Shown: piece by piece, positions 40,088-51,908 of the stretch
Position numbering within the stretch: the stretch's first letter is position 1
Layout: each line of letters starts with the position of its first letter
Origin: Takakia lepidozioides
Lineage: Eukaryota > Plantae > Bryophyta
DNA length: 64,000 bases
Assembly: GCA_030704615.1 (NCBI GenBank)
Contig: CM060731.1
Coordinates: forward strand, 40,300,001-40,364,000
Reading direction: 5' to 3'
Notes under the pieces: model-generated
Databases searched by the model: none
The model's input: the letters and a program-made list of their open reading frames with translations, nothing else
Told to the model about the DNA's origin: nothing
Program-made: the position numbers and the translations under genes

Positions 40088-40533
40088 TGATAAGAAAACT
40101 AGAAAACACACTGCTTCACACAGAAACAACATAATCCACTCGCATCACTCATTGAAAACTGAAGTCGAGCCAGGGGCACCCCAAGCTATGGGGACTCCAC
40201 CCCACAACAACCTGTACCCCTACATAAGCACACTCAAACCTAAACACATGCAGGAGCTCGGTCGCGCAGGCTCAACTCGAGAAAGATGAGCCGCGCGACT
40301 GCCGCTCTCGTGAAGATAAGACGGACCAGGTGTCAAACTAAACTTGACACCTGATTTAACACTTGACCTAAATCCAAGTGTTAAATACAAATAACTAGTT
40401 TTATTCTATTCTAGCTGTTTTCACACTGTGCTTATTTAACTTGACAGCTGTCGTGCGCATACATATCGCTACACAACTACATCGCTGTCCAAACCACACC
40501 ACACATATATGCACAATAAAGTAGTCTGCCACA
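40088..40533 (-). repeat. Canonical complete LTR (A-GC-B, 446 bp) with internal palindrome GACAGCTGTC
   Basis: On the minus strand it starts TG one nt after the PPT (40535-40544) and ends TTATCA, as does the PBS-adjacent copy. Confidence 0.88.
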
Positions 40534-40793
40534 ATCGCCCCCCTAGCTGGTGGATAGGTCCCTCTACCTCCAGATAGCTACAAGATGTAATAGCCACAGC
40601 CGTACTAAGTCCTCTATCACTGTCCCTATTGTACTCAAACTCTATAGACCAAGAGGCCGGGTACAAGAGTAGCCCCATCGTTAGTCGCCGTCTTGCAATC
40701 TGTGAACTTGAGCCAGGACCTCGTGTGTTCAAGGTCTCCTAGTAGCTGGGCCTTGCGTTTCTTGTTAGCCTTCCATGGTTGTATCCACTCCCA

Positions 40794-43700
40794 CTATCCA
40801 ATGCAATGTGGACATAACCAATCCCCATCCGGAACCATCTCAAGAGGTGGAGTCAAGCATCCCATATGCCAACCTCTAGAGCATCGATCACACACCAGCA
40901 TGGTGGCTGCCCCTTAGCAGACCCACACAACATGCACCTCAAACCTGCAGATACCACTGCCAGGTTTGGGTCAATCCTGCCATCGAACATTCGGAAGGTG
41001 ACATGGCGCACAATTACGCACATGGTCCTTCCAAGTTATGCCATCCCGACCCTCCAAGACCAAGACGCCTGAGGGCAAGACCTCTCGAACCCTCAAAATA
41101 ACACGTCCTGCAGTCACATCCAGGGTCGTAGGAGCAGTCTGCTGCAGATAGACATAGTCACCAGGGTTGAATCTCCGAACCCCAGGACGATAGCCCCCAC
41201 CACGTATGGTAGCATACCTCAACGTATCACGGTGTTGTGCAATGGCAAGGTTCTCGAAAGCCATGGGCATGACTCTCTTGAACAACTCTGCACGCTGCTC
41301 ACATGCACGTGCCCACACGTCCGGATCGTCAAGGTTAAGAACTGTAGCAGCTTCTCTGCGAATGGATGTAGGCAAATCCGGCTCTCGGCCAAAGAGAAGA
41401 AAGTATGGTGAGAAGGAGGCAAGTGATGCTTGCTTGCTGAACCTGTAGCCCATGGCTAACCAGGGTAACTGAAGGTCCCAATCTCCTAGGTGTCCCTTCT
41501 GCAAGCCATACTTGCGCAAACCCCTCTTTACTGTCTGAACAACTCTCTCTGCCAAGCCATCGGCTTCAGGATGATCCCGAGAAGTGGTGCGGTGGTCTAT
41601 CAAGGCCTTGTCACACAAAGCCTGAAACTCCCCAAGAACTCTCTCCCTTGGTCCGTGAGTACCTCAGCTGGAGCACCGAATCGGCTAAGCACACAATCCA
41701 GGAATGCATACGCAGCTCCCTCACTAGCCTTATCAGGCAATGGAACCAATTCAATCCACTTGGAGAAGTGCTCCACCATCACCAACACGTACTTGTTGTG
41801 GCGCATGGTCAGTGGCAACGGCCCTGCGAAGTCAAGACTCCACCTGTAGCCCAATCCCATGATCGGAAGAGGGTGCAATTGTGGAGTAGGGGCGTTGAAT
41901 GAAGCACGCACCCTGTCACACACCATGCACCTAGCCACAAATTGTTGCACCTCTGTGTGCATACCACGCCACCAATACTGCCCCTGCAGTAGACTATGAG
42001 TGCGTCGCACCCCAAAATGCCCCAACTCCTCATGGGCATGCCGCACTAACCGTGCCCGCTGTGTTGGGTGAGGCACAATCCTCACTCGACCATCCTCCCA
42101 CACTCGGAGCAGGTGTGTCCCCTCCCACTGAACCTCTTGGCTCGTTGTAGGATCCGATCCCTCTCCTTGGCAGTCATAGTGGCTGCCGTGTCTCCACTGC
42201 GGAGGTAGTCCAACACAACTGAATCCTCATGTATATCTTTGGCGCCACCCTGCTCATTGCTGGCCTCAGGGTCCTCAGACACTTGATCTACAGTCATCCC
42301 TGTTGTAGGTCCAACCTGGCCTTCCGCTGCCAAGATACACAGAAATGCAGATGCATGCCATCCGGGCACCATCTCCTCGTCCGTCTCACCATGCCACCGA
42401 GCTCCAGTGTCATCCTGCTGGCTCGTGCATGGATTGCGACTCAACCCATCTGCATTTCGATTGACCAAACCCGGTCGATGCACCACCTGAAAGTCATACT
42501 CTTGAAGGATGAGTGCCCACCGTGCAAGCTTCCCCGTAAGCTTGTCTGACTCCATCAACCACTTGAGTGGTTGGTGATCCGTGACAAGGGTGAAGAGATT
42601 GCCGTATAGATAGCACCTGAAGTGTGCCACGGCCCACACTGCAGCTAAGCATTCTCCCTCATATGAGCTATACTTAGACTCTGCAGCATTGTTCGAGCGG
42701 CTAGCATAAGCCACTACGAACTCTCTTCCCTCATCATCCACCTGTGTGAGCACCGCTCCAAGCCCCAGCATGCTCCAATCTGTATGCAGCTGAAAAGGAC
42801 GCCCCCTGATAGGTCGTCTCAAGATGGGCGCCGAGGTCAACCTCGCCTTGAGCTCTTGAAAAGCTTGTTCTTGCTCATCTTCCCACTGCCACTCCTGGTC
42901 CACCTTGGTCAGCTTGGTTAGAGCCTTTGCAATGGCACTAAATCCCTTAACAAACCGTCTGTAATAGTTTGCTAACCCCATGAAAGCTCGAACTCGGCTC
43001 ACATCCGTGGGGCGTGGAACCTGTGCAATGGACTCTACCTTAGTCTGCTGTACCCCCAATCCTCCAGGATATATCATGTGACCCAGATACTCAATCTGGT
43101 TGTGGAAAAACTTGCACTTGCCCGGATGTAACTTCAATCCGTGCGTCCTCAAGCGCTCAAATACCCCCTGAAGGTGTCTCTCATGCTCCTCCACCGTAGC
43201 ACTAAAGATGATGATGTCATCTATGTAGCACCGAGCAAACTCCACCCCTGCTAGAATCCTGTCCATGACTCTTTGAAACTCAGCGGGAGCGTTTTTAAGC
43301 CCAAATGGTAAGAACCGCCACTGGTATAGGCAATCCTTCCCGTGCTCATTGATCCCCCAGAATGCCGTCTTTTGCTTATCCGCCTCCTTGATCGGCAACT
43401 GGTGATATCCGGATCGTAAATCCAACGTGCTAAAGACCTTGGAATGCCCAATGGCATCAAAGATCTCCTCTGGTGTTGGCATGGCATACCTATCGGACTT
43501 GGTCTGACGATTTACAGGCCGGTAATCACCGCACATACGTCTCTCCGTCCAATTGCCATAGACATCCTTCTTAGCTGGCATCACTGTGGCTGAAGCATAC
43601 TCTCCACCAGAGAGCTCCACCAAACCTGCCTCCCAGAGATCTTGAGTCCTCATCTGAATCAAAGACCTCTCCATGTCACTGTATCTATAGGGTCTCCGAA

Positions 43701-43926
43701 AGATTGGCGTGTCAGTGGCCAACTCAATACGGATCTCTTGACCCTTCAGTGCTCCCAAGTCCTTCAAACTGAAGGCAAAGCAATTCCTGTAAGCCCTCAG
43801 GAACCGCCGTATACGTCGTCTCTCTCCTCCGGTGACAATGGGTCCAATGTCAGGCTCCCAATTGTCCTCCGTAACTGCAACCTTAAGTCCAGTGGGCTTA
43901 GAGGTAGAGGACGCGTCCCGTGGTTG
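40794..43926 (-). CDS. pol of element 2: RT, RNase H, integrase and PHD finger (few frameshifts)
   Basis: 561-aa ORF with LPFGLKNAP, YIDD, HTDWS, YEGECLA, TDHQPL; integrase HHCC/DDE; PHD ending DWLCPHCIG*. Confidence 0.93.
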
Positions 43927-46900
43927 CTATGCTGCAACCTCTTGAGCAGTACTCCCTTCCTGCTCAGTCAATGACAAGGCCTCATCCTGCCCCATCATCT
44001 CATCATTGAGAACCTCCTCATCCCGAGAAGAATCCCCAACCTCATCCATCACAGCTGCCTTCGCTGCCAACTCCCTCTGAACCTCGAGCACCTCCCACGT
44101 GTGCCATGGATGTCTACACCTCGTGGTCCTCACCGGCTCGCCCCCACTCGCTGCCTGTACCGTCTCGGTAGGCAGAGAGACCGTCAAGGGAAGTGCACTC
44201 CGCACTCTACGTTGCTCAGCCATAGCCAAGCTGACAATCCAGGTCAAGCAATTGAGATCCATTGCTTGCCCCAACACCTGACGACGTGATGCCTCAGAAA
44301 GAGAAGGCACCGCCGTGGTCCCAGTGGAAAACCCCATAGCCCGCTCTCGCTCGTCGGCATTAGGCTCCACTAACTGCTGCAACTGAGCATCCCACAGGAG
44401 GCCAGGTCCACCATCCCGAAAAGCATGGGATCCTGGGAAGCTGAGCAGTGTAGGTAATGCTGCTCGTGGTTGACCCACCCTGTTGACCACTGCCAAAGGC
44501 GAACGGTCATCGTGTCTCACACGTTGAGACTGCCTTCCTGTGTCCAAAATGCCATCCACGGTGAGGTGTGCTGGCCGCTGCACCCCATCAAATGCACGCT
44601 TGAGCAGTGCGGGTGGCATCAAGTTAGTCCACCATAGTCGTGGACGATGAGCCCGTGACCCCACTGCAGCTGCATCCAGCAACACTGCTGACCCAAGCCA
44701 CGACCGGACTTGATGCACACTGGCCATCACCCTGGCCCGAGAATCACCCATCAGTGGTACATTCTCCAAGATGTATGCTGGAGATACAGCTTGATGAAGC
44801 TGCAAGCGCAAAATCCGCACCATCTCCCAAAACAGACCCGTCCTCGAGTCTCGCAATCCATTGCCATGCCCGGCTGATGAATGCCCTTGGCAGGGCCAAC
44901 CTGCCACTATCAGATCAATGGAGCCAACCTGCTCCAAATCTTGCGCCCCCAACAAGGAAATGTCTGCTGGCAAGGCTTGTTGGTATCCACGAACTGCAGA
45001 CACAGGCAACAAGTCAGGGTACTGCTGTACCAACTGAGCCACATGGCGCAGTGAGACGCGTCGTGCAGTCTCATCCCTCTCCACATACAGGTAACGCCTT
45101 ACCCGCACACCTGCCTGTAGCACAGCAGCCAATCCGGTGCTGATCCCGCCAAACAAGTCCAGAAGGCAAATGCCTTCATCCGGCCGCTGCCACACAAAGG
45201 TGTGGTGTCCAATGGCGACAACTGAGGTGGCCCTGGTGCAATCACCGCACTCTCCTCCTCTCCTGACGGTACAAAAGCTTCTACCCAAGCTTGTTGCACC
45301 CGTCCATCAGCAGCTTGCTGCAAATCCTTGCTCGTACCCCACAACGGAGTGTGAGCAACCATGGCAGGCAACTCCGCCGTACCATGCATGTCATCCTGCT
45401 CTGCTGGAGGTGGCACATCCTCTGCATGGGCATTGCCTTCCAGCAACTCTCCAGGCCAACTAACTGCAGCTGTGAAGGCGGCTAGTGTTGGCATCTTGCC
45501 CCGCTGGGCAGCTGCAATACCCCCAATGAATGTCACAGGAGCTGTGCACGGCGACCATCCCCTGACTGCCATCCAGGCCTGTAGGATGCTGACTCCTCCC
45601 AGAAATCCAGGGTGAAGCCCATGGGGTATAACACTGCCCCACCAACGAGGACATCGTAAGAGACCGCGTCTGTCACAATGGCCTTGGCTCGCATCACTGA
45701 GCCATCTACAGGATGATCCGGCTGCAGTCTAATAGCCAACTGATGCCGTGTCATGCCGCGAGCCTGCTCTGATCCTCCCAGAGATGTCTGTATCTGGAAA
45801 GGACAAGGCTCCATATCCGCCTCCATGAGGCCCAAACCTGCAATAGCAGCTCTGCCCAACATCAGTGGCTGAGCTCCTGAGTCCAACAAGACCCGCAGTG
45901 GCCGGTACTTCTTGCCTGCCGGTCCACTCAAAGTGAAAATGCCTCCCTGGTTGTCTAACAAGACAACTCCAGGTGTCACCATGGCGCGCTCAATGGCTGG
46001 CCTAGCTGGCAGCTCCGTCAACCTGGCAGCTGCAACTTGCCATGGCGCAGCCGTGGCAGTCTTGACCCTCAAATCCGAGGATCCCTCTGCCACTATACCT
46101 TCCACTAACTCCGCAGAAGATGAAGTGACCTCCCCACTCTCACAGAGTGTTGCTGCTAGTCTGAACACTGCAGCTGGTCTCACCCCCGGCGTCGCAATCA
46201 TGGTTGCCGAGAACAGTGGGGCTTGACACACAGAGGTGGCTGCCCCTAATAACACACCGGCTGCACTAGCCTTGGTAGCAGGTGTCAGTGCTGCACGTGT
46301 AGCTCTCCCCAATGGCATAGTAACCTCCGCCTCGGTAACAGTCGGGCGAGAACTAGGTGCCATGGATGGCGTTGACACTGTCTCCGCCAAGGTGAATGAC
46401 TGAGGCAGCCTCGCCTGACGGCTTGCCTCCCCACGTTGTGGATCCAACTCCACCTCTGCACCTCGTGGCTCAGGAACTCGTGCTGCTCCTCGAGTCACGG
46501 CTGCAGCAGACTCCACCTGCTCTAGTGGTAGTGCTGCTCCGCACATGAATCCCATGCCTCCCATATCTCCTCCCTCAGGAGCAGGAGGTGGACCATCCCG
46601 CCTGGGAGCCGGTACCGCCTGAGCTATAGCCATGGCAGCGAGCCTCTGCTCTAGCTGCTGAAGCCGATTGGCCATGCCTTGGTCAACACCCCGACCACCT
46701 CGTCCTCTTTGGGCTGGTCCACCTCGCCCCCGGCCACCATTGTTCCCTTGGAACTGGCCTGGGCGCAACTCAGGATGCAAGTCATAACACTGGGCATCTC
46801 CATGCCCATACTTGCCACAATGCCCACACTGCAACTGTGCAGGCTGTGCTTGTGCCGGCCTTCTGCCACTCTCTGGGCAATCTCTCTTGACATGGGTCCT

Positions 46901-48069
46901 CCACATGTCCAACATATCACCCCTGGTTGCTGTTGGCCTGCAAAAGATGCCACGGGCCTCTGCACCTGAGGTCCCCTGTAAGCTCCATGGAACTTGGGCT
47001 GGGCAACCTTGCCCCCCTGACCACGCTGTTGGGCAGTCCCTTGTGCCTGTGGGCTGACAGCTGTGCCCCGTGCAGGCATGTCCTTGCCAAATCCAATTGT
47101 AACAACTCGCTCCTCCACCATGTTGAGCTCAATCCGCTCAGCCAGCAGAAACACATCTGCTAATGTGGGTTGGGCTGCTTGTAACAGGGTTGCATCTCGC
47201 ACCCTTCTCTTGAGCTCCTTGTCCAGAATTCCATACCAAAACTGGATTGCCTGAGCTTCAGTAACCCCTTGGGTCACACTTATCAAGCGCCTCATACGAG
47301 TGTACGCCTCTCGCAGGCTCTCACTGGGTTTGCGCTGGAAGTCTTGCAAACTTCGCAGCTTCTCTGTCCGTACACCTTGGTAGTTCCTCCGCAACTCCTG
47401 GAAGAACTCCACCACCGGGTTGAATCTAGGCACATGTGTTGTAGTCGTGGCAGGAGGAGTAGTAGCACCTTTTGAACTGGTACCACCTGCAGAAGTACCA
47501 GCACTACTTGCTCCACTACTAGTGCTGGCAGTGGGAGCTATTGGTACTGATGCAGCTACTGGTCGCGTCGTGCCTCGAGTAATGGAGACGTAGTCAGGTG
47601 ACCAATACATCCTCCACTCCTCAATCTCTGCTTCATGTCCTCGCCTGAACTCGTGGTAATCGTCCATAGGCGGGCCTTCCAAATGCTGGAACAGTCCCTT
47701 CCACGCCATGAATGGGGTGAATAGCTGTGGATTGCGCATCTGCTGCAAATCACACCAGCTGTCGAACTCCTGGATAAAGTCATCCAACTCGATTGTGCCC
47801 ACAGCTCCAGAGTACCTACGAGGCCCCTTGGTAGCTCCATACATCTCCTCCATGTCGTCCCACAACAATGGCGAATGAAAGTGCACACCTGTTGATGAAG
47901 CCTCCGAGTCTGTGTCTGACTCTACAGTAATTGAGGGTGGCGGTGAAGGTGGTCTGAACCGAATACCTCGTCTTGTGAACCCACTCTCACTGTTACTGCC
48001 TGTAGCCGTACTCCCCTCAAAACCCTTGGGTAACTCCGTAATGACACTCACAATGTGCACCTCCTCCAC
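43927..48069 (-). CDS. gag, protease and C5 DNA methyltransferase of element 2; MTase domain (~44240-45170) uninterrupted
   Basis: Two Zn knuckles, LLDSGA, LDLFGG, YVERD, AGWPCQG, YILENV, HRPRLWWTN, ERERAMGF, RRQVLGQAMD; ends TAG-CAA-CCA. Confidence 0.92.
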
Positions 48070-48588
48070 GTGACACTATAAGGCTCTAGTACTAATCTAA
48101 TAGTGACACGGGTGGGCACCTGTTGCAGTTTAAGGGTCATATCCCAATGGCTCAGGGCACCTGCACCTGCATCCACCGCAAGAACTCCTATGGTTGGCTG
48201 GTCATCAACCCAGCCTCACCATAGAAGAAACACTGGTGGTCTTGCTGGTCATCACTCCAGCCTCACCACCGACAGCATACTCTAGGATTGACCGGTGATC
48301 AAATCCGGCCTAATCCCTATGAAAGCAAGCGCCCACACAAAACCAACATGGCGCACAGTCAAGCATGCAGGTGTTGGGGGGGATCCAAACACAAGAAATC
48401 AAAACATCAACACCCCCACACCAAAATCCAGCTGCAATGCTGATCCTGCAGAATAGCCCAGCCCAAAACCCCGGACTGACTGGCCTCCACCAAGAGAGGC
48501 TTTGGCAACTACAAGTACAAGGTAATAAAAATAGTACAGAGATGGAGGGGAAGAATAGAAGCCCGACCAAGCAAGATCTAATCCTGAT

Positions 48589-49338
48589 CTATGCTATCAA
48601 CTGCCAGACTTCTCTCAAAGTGCCTCGCTCTGCATGATGGTAAGGTGTAGGAGGTATATCTATGTCCAGAAACCTGCCACTAACCTTGTCCCAAGCTACA
48701 ATAGCTCGCTCTAACCAACCCTCCTCCTCTTTCTGCCAAGTAGAGACAAAGCAATACTCCCCTATCTCCCGCTCACTGAATACTAAAGAAAACAAAGGTA
48801 GGGTTTGATAGTCTCTCAACTCGAAAGCTTTGAGACGGTTGCGGGTGTCCTCATTGCGAATGACTGCATCTCCTTCACGCACAACAAACATGTCATTGCT
48901 GATGAACCCCCGCTCGTGGTTGCCCTGTGCAGAGCGTATCCGGCTGCAACCATGTCTGATTGCACAAACTTGTGTAGCTCCTGCTCCTCTGCTCCAGTAC
49001 ACCACGGCCTTGTGGCTGAACACCTTGGTCCCCGGGGCTGTCTTTGGCTGTGTTCCAAGCCTAGCTTTCACCCACTTTGGTATTTCACCTACAGCTGCAG
49101 AACTGCTGGCTCCAACAGAGTTCTAACTGTCCAAGGCGATATTGAGGCCCTCAATGCCAACTACAGCAGTCTGTTGTCTACTGCTAATGCCTGACTCCCA
49201 GTATGCAATCAACTCGTCCAACTGTTCTCCACTCAAATCAGTCTGAGTTCCTTGGGAAACATAAATCCTGTCCCTTTGTGTGCACAGGCTAAGAGAAGAG
49301 ACCTGCCCTTCAATTACGTCCTCATTTCCCCCAGCCAT
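48589..49338 (-). pseudogene. Extra sense-strand ORF (~250 aa, one internal TAG) upstream of gag; function unknown
   Basis: ORFs 49123-49338 and 48589-49071 are in the same frame, separated by one stop and 17 open codons. Confidence 0.45.
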
Positions 49339-50186
49339 GTAAGGAGTACATCCACAGATTTGTCTCTCATATAGACCAGCACAGGTTCTAGAGACAGAAT
49401 TGTGGATTTTTTATGGCACACTCACACTCTAAAAATTCCATAGATTTTTAGCAGAGTCCCAAAAACAGAAACCAGGTCTAGGTAGGTAGATTTCCCCTTT
49501 TTGCAGCTATCCTCCCAAAAACTGAGTCAAACGGAGTCCATCTGACAAAGTTATGACTAGTTAGGCTCTAAATCATTTAAATTAGATCAAAAGGTTTTTT
49601 TTTTTTTTTTTTTTTTAACACCAAACCGTTCTCGCCATTACAACCTGTTCCCAGGTTATCTATGGGTTCCCGAGGCCGTTCCCCTCCAGGCTTCTCCAGG
49701 CACCAAGAACTCTCCAACTCCAAGACTCGACCTCACTTATGGATGGGGTATCACACCCTGGAGCAGCAGGCGTGCGATAACGGATTGCCCTGCATCACCG
49801 AATTGGGGACAACGGCAGAGCTCGAGCGCCTGGGCTTAAGCGCATCCGAGATTGATGATCTCCGACACAGTCTCAAGGCATTTCCACATGCCTTTCAGCT
49901 CTACATCAGCGGCAGATTTTTGAGAAGTCATGCAGACAGACTGCTACAGCCTAACACTTTACAGCAAATTGAAATTCCTTGTGTCTGGGCATCAACACCG
50001 AAAACCTATGTAGGTACGCATGCAAAAATTGTTGCTGATGGCTGATATATGTGCCTATTCAAGAGGCCCGTTGCAGGTTAAAGGACGATTGGCAGGGAAA
50101 TAGGCAAGAGTACTTTCCACTGAGCTGACCTTACGATCCCCAGAACTACTTGGAAACGGTAGCAACGAGAGCAGAGGTCGGACCTC

Positions 50187-50517
50187 ATCAGTGGGAGGGC
50201 ACCTAGATGAGATCATTCTGAGTTGACCAATGGCATGCTTTGGCTCCCTGAATAATGTTGAGAGCCGTGAAGGCAGGATGCTCTGATGCCCAGAGACTGG
50301 TATCCAAATGACATATGGCAACTGCGTGCATGATTGATCCATCTACAGCTGCCAACGACGCCTGCACCACCTTGGTTCCTGTGACATGATGGCAGTAGTA
50401 GAGAGCCGAAGGAAACATAACGTTGTGGCAAATGACAACATTCTCGCCCTCTACCACACTTCGCTTGGTAAAGTCAACAACCTTCACTGGTGCCTTGGTA
50501 ATGCCTACACGTCCCAC
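50187..50517 (-). pseudogene. Captured BURP-domain gene fragment (C-terminal half)
   Basis: Four CH dipeptides: ICHNVMFPSALYYCH...AVAICHLDTSLW...ACHW, then LI*VP where the conserved W is mutated to TAG. Confidence 0.88.
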
Positions 50518-50599
50518 TGATTTTGGTGAACAAAACTGACAAGGCCAACCGTTTTTGTTTTTTTTTTTTCAAGAAAGCTGATGGGTGCTTTCAGCAGGC

Positions 50600-51400
50600 A
50601 AGTGAGAGTGGATCGCTCAGGTGCGTGGCCCAGTTGTCCAAGGGACCCTTGCCTGTAGCAGCAGCTTGCACAGCAAAACCCAAAGCAGCAACCATGGCCA
50701 GCCTTGCATGCTTAATTTCGGCGAGTTTTAGAACCTCTTTCTTCTCGGGGTCAGCTGCCAGTCCGAGGGGATCGAAGTACTTGCCACCAGGATACAGACG
50801 CCTCTCTGGGTCTAACTCGGTATTCCTTTGGAACTCAATGTATCCTACCACAAGAGTCTCAATCCAGACAAGAGCAGAGATGCTGAACGACAACGAGAGA
50901 CCGAAGTAAGAGGGACCATCAGCAAGTTCCACCTTTACAGCATCTTGCCATGTCACGCCAGTGAACGTCTCGACAGACAACGCTCAACAATGGCAAGCAT
51001 TGCCCATTTACCGTGGATCAGTTCGCATTCCCTGAACCTTTGGAGGCCGAACACCTCACTGTACGGTCGGAAGGGAGTGGGGTTGATATCCTTCCTCTTA
51101 TCAAGACGGGTTCCGATCACGACTCCAGCAGGGTTCTTAGCCAAGTTCTGGTTCAGTGAATCCAGCTCGAACTGCAGATACTCTGGAGATTTTCCCAGGG
51201 ACAGTGGATCGAAACCGTAGTCACCAACCAAAGATCCATCCAGCCCAAGACGGGGCCTTTGCACCTGGGAACCACAGAGGCCTATCCGCCGACCCAGTCT
51301 TCTTAGACCCAAACAGCAGGTCCAGCCCACCTGCTTGTTGTAAAAAGCTTGGACCCGCTACATTCCCAGGAGGTTAGAACTGCTGCAGCGACGCTTTGAG
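50600..51400 (-). pseudogene. LHCB4: Captured chlorophyll a/b-binding CP29 copy without a visible intron
   Basis: [93 protein letters not shown]. Frameshifted; A-tract at 50552-50569. Confidence 0.93.
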
Positions 51401-51542
51401 TGGTTCTTGCCTTCCTGTTATGCTCCACTAGGCACACATAGCCAGTCTAACTACCGGCTCTCGTGACCAAGCTATATTATAATAGTGCTTAAAAACAAAA
51501 ACGTCACATCTAGCTTAGCACTAGAAAACTAGATACGGCGTG

Positions 51543-51554
51543 ATCTTTCTCGAG
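51543..51554 (-). promoter_or_regulatory. Putative self-priming PBS of element 2
   Basis: Bases 51543-51555 are the reverse complement of 51742-51754 inside LTR segment B. Confidence 0.8.
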
Positions 51555-51908
51555 TGATAAGAAAACTAGAAAACACACTGCTCACACCAGAAACAACATG
51601 AATCCATCGCTATCACTCATTGAAACTGAAGTCGAGCCAGGGGCACCCCAAGCTATGGGGACTCCACCCCACAACAACCTGTACCCCTACATAAGCACAC
51701 TCAAACCTAAACACATGCAGGAGCTCGGTCGCGCAGGCTCAACTCGAGAAAGATGAGCCGCGCGACTGCCGCTCTCGTGAAGATAAGACGGACCAGGTGT
51801 CAAACTAAACTTGACACCTGATTTAACACTTGACCTAAATCCAAGTGTTAAATACAAATAACTAGTTCTATTCTAGCTGTTTTCACACTGTGCTTATTTA
51901 ACTTGACA
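51555..51908 (-). repeat. 5' LTR segment B of element 2
   Basis: Near-identical to 40088-40446. Confidence 0.95.

Larger units (their letters stand above)
40003..51908 (-). mobile_element. Ty3/Gypsy element 2 (DNMT + PHD type) with split LTR layout B-ORFs-A-B-A
   Basis: A at 40003-40086, B at 40088-40446, GC, A at 40449-40533, B at 51555-51908. TSD ATGG (51909-51912; left copy degraded to TGG at 40000-40002). Splits a LINE chromodomain. Confidence 0.9.

Noticed and set aside
45099-46920. Programmed frameshifts within gag-PR-MT
   Set aside because: The breaks are small indels, often in homopolymers, at different positions in the two copies; mutation or sequencing error is more likely.
50600-51400. 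Functional host LHCB4 gene
   Set aside because: Frameshifted, with a degraded transit peptide and truncated C-terminus, and located inside a retroelement.
40003-51908. DIRS/PAT/Ngaro tyrosine-recombinase element, suggested by split repeats plus a methyltransferase
   Set aside because: No tyrosine recombinase is seen. It has a protease, an HHCC-DDE integrase, TG..CA ends and TSDs, and the MTase is C5-type.
40088-51908. Ordinary LTR element bounded by the two B copies
   Set aside because: No TSD flanks the B pair (ACAA vs ATGG), the PPT abuts A rather than B, and the interrupted LINE resumes outside the outer A.
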